A stretch of 63,784 nucleotides of DNA, counting the filler, from Reticulomyxa filosa (lineage: Eukaryota; Protista; Foraminifera): assembly GCA_000512085.1 (NCBI GenBank). It is 25 parts of 25 records of this genome, joined end to end, with 100 filler letters (N's around TTAATTAATTAA, not from the genome) between each part and the next. Parts side by side here need not be neighbours in the genome. Positions count along the whole stretch, not along the records: positions 62,778 to 63,784 come from ASPP01018336.1; 24 more parts are not named here. One strand, 5' to 3'. This document shows positions 63,650-63,784 of the stretch, one piece after another. The number at the start of each line of letters is the position of its first letter. Position 1 is the stretch's first letter. A model generated the notes under the pieces. That model searched no databases. It was not told the DNA's origin and saw nothing but the letters and a program-made list of their open reading frames with translations. The position numbers and the translations under genes were made by a program.

Positions 63650-63784
63650 TTAGTTCATCGGTGTCAGCAGCTGGCGCAGGAACTGCTTGGCGCGATCGTG
63701 CTGAGGGTTGGTGAAGAAGTGCTCCGGATGCGCTTCTTCGATTATCTGGCCGTGATCGACAAACACCACGCGGTCGGCCACTTC
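63650..63784 (-). CDS. Bacterial polar amino-acid ABC transporter ATPase (GlnQ/GltL family), C-terminal end
   Basis: EVADRVVFVDHGQIIEEAHPEHFFTNPQHDRAKQFLRQLL* read from the window end. Confidence 0.88.
   Translation of the reverse strand, partial: EVADRVVFVDHGQIIEEAHPEHFFTNPQHDRAKQFLRQLLTPMN

Noticed and set aside
63031-63714. 227-aa + strand ORF and other long antisense ORFs (e.g. 46891-47592, 15402-15719, 33234-33725)
   Set aside because: These are shadows of genuine opposite-strand genes or of low-complexity tracts.

Overview
This window is not one continuous locus. It is 25 short contigs joined by 24 identical artificial spacers (N-run + TTAATTAATTAA + N-run, stops in all six frames), so adjacency across spacers has no meaning. 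Contigs 1-24 are very AT-rich eukaryotic DNA with GT-AG introns full of poly-A/T and (TA)n tracts, and they use the standard genetic code (TAA, TAG and TGA all end genes). The style of the WD40 and kelch-SAM-U-box genes suggests a foraminiferan/rhizarian such as Reticulomyxa; this is an inference and was not verified. Recognisable genes: VOC/glyoxalase, O-methyltransferase, an RNF213/mysterin-like E3 fragment, MFSD6-like transporter, RGS protein, kelch-SAM-U-box E3, DUF155/RMD1, Ser/Thr kinase, divergent Hsp70, ABCD transporter, SMYD-like SET protein, Vps23/TSG101, SNAP-25-like SNARE, WD40, MYCBPAP-like, DAGK/sphingosine-kinase family, chromodomain protein and importin-alpha-like protein. The last contig (62778-63784) is GC-rich bacterial DNA (gltI plus the end of an amino-acid ABC ATPase). 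The most notable observations are: (1) an intron-containing gene combining an intein-like Hint C-terminus (ANGVLVHN|G), a Cys/His zinc finger completed by splicing, an uncharacterised RD..YPVRVTLQYYKATSNG domain and a SAM domain; (2) an RNF213-like RZ finger whose catalytic Cys position is Arg (CGT); (3) a GC-rich multi-hairpin island that looks like an unclassified structured RNA; (4) a four-copy decayed module differing by three micro-inversions flanked by inverted repeats.
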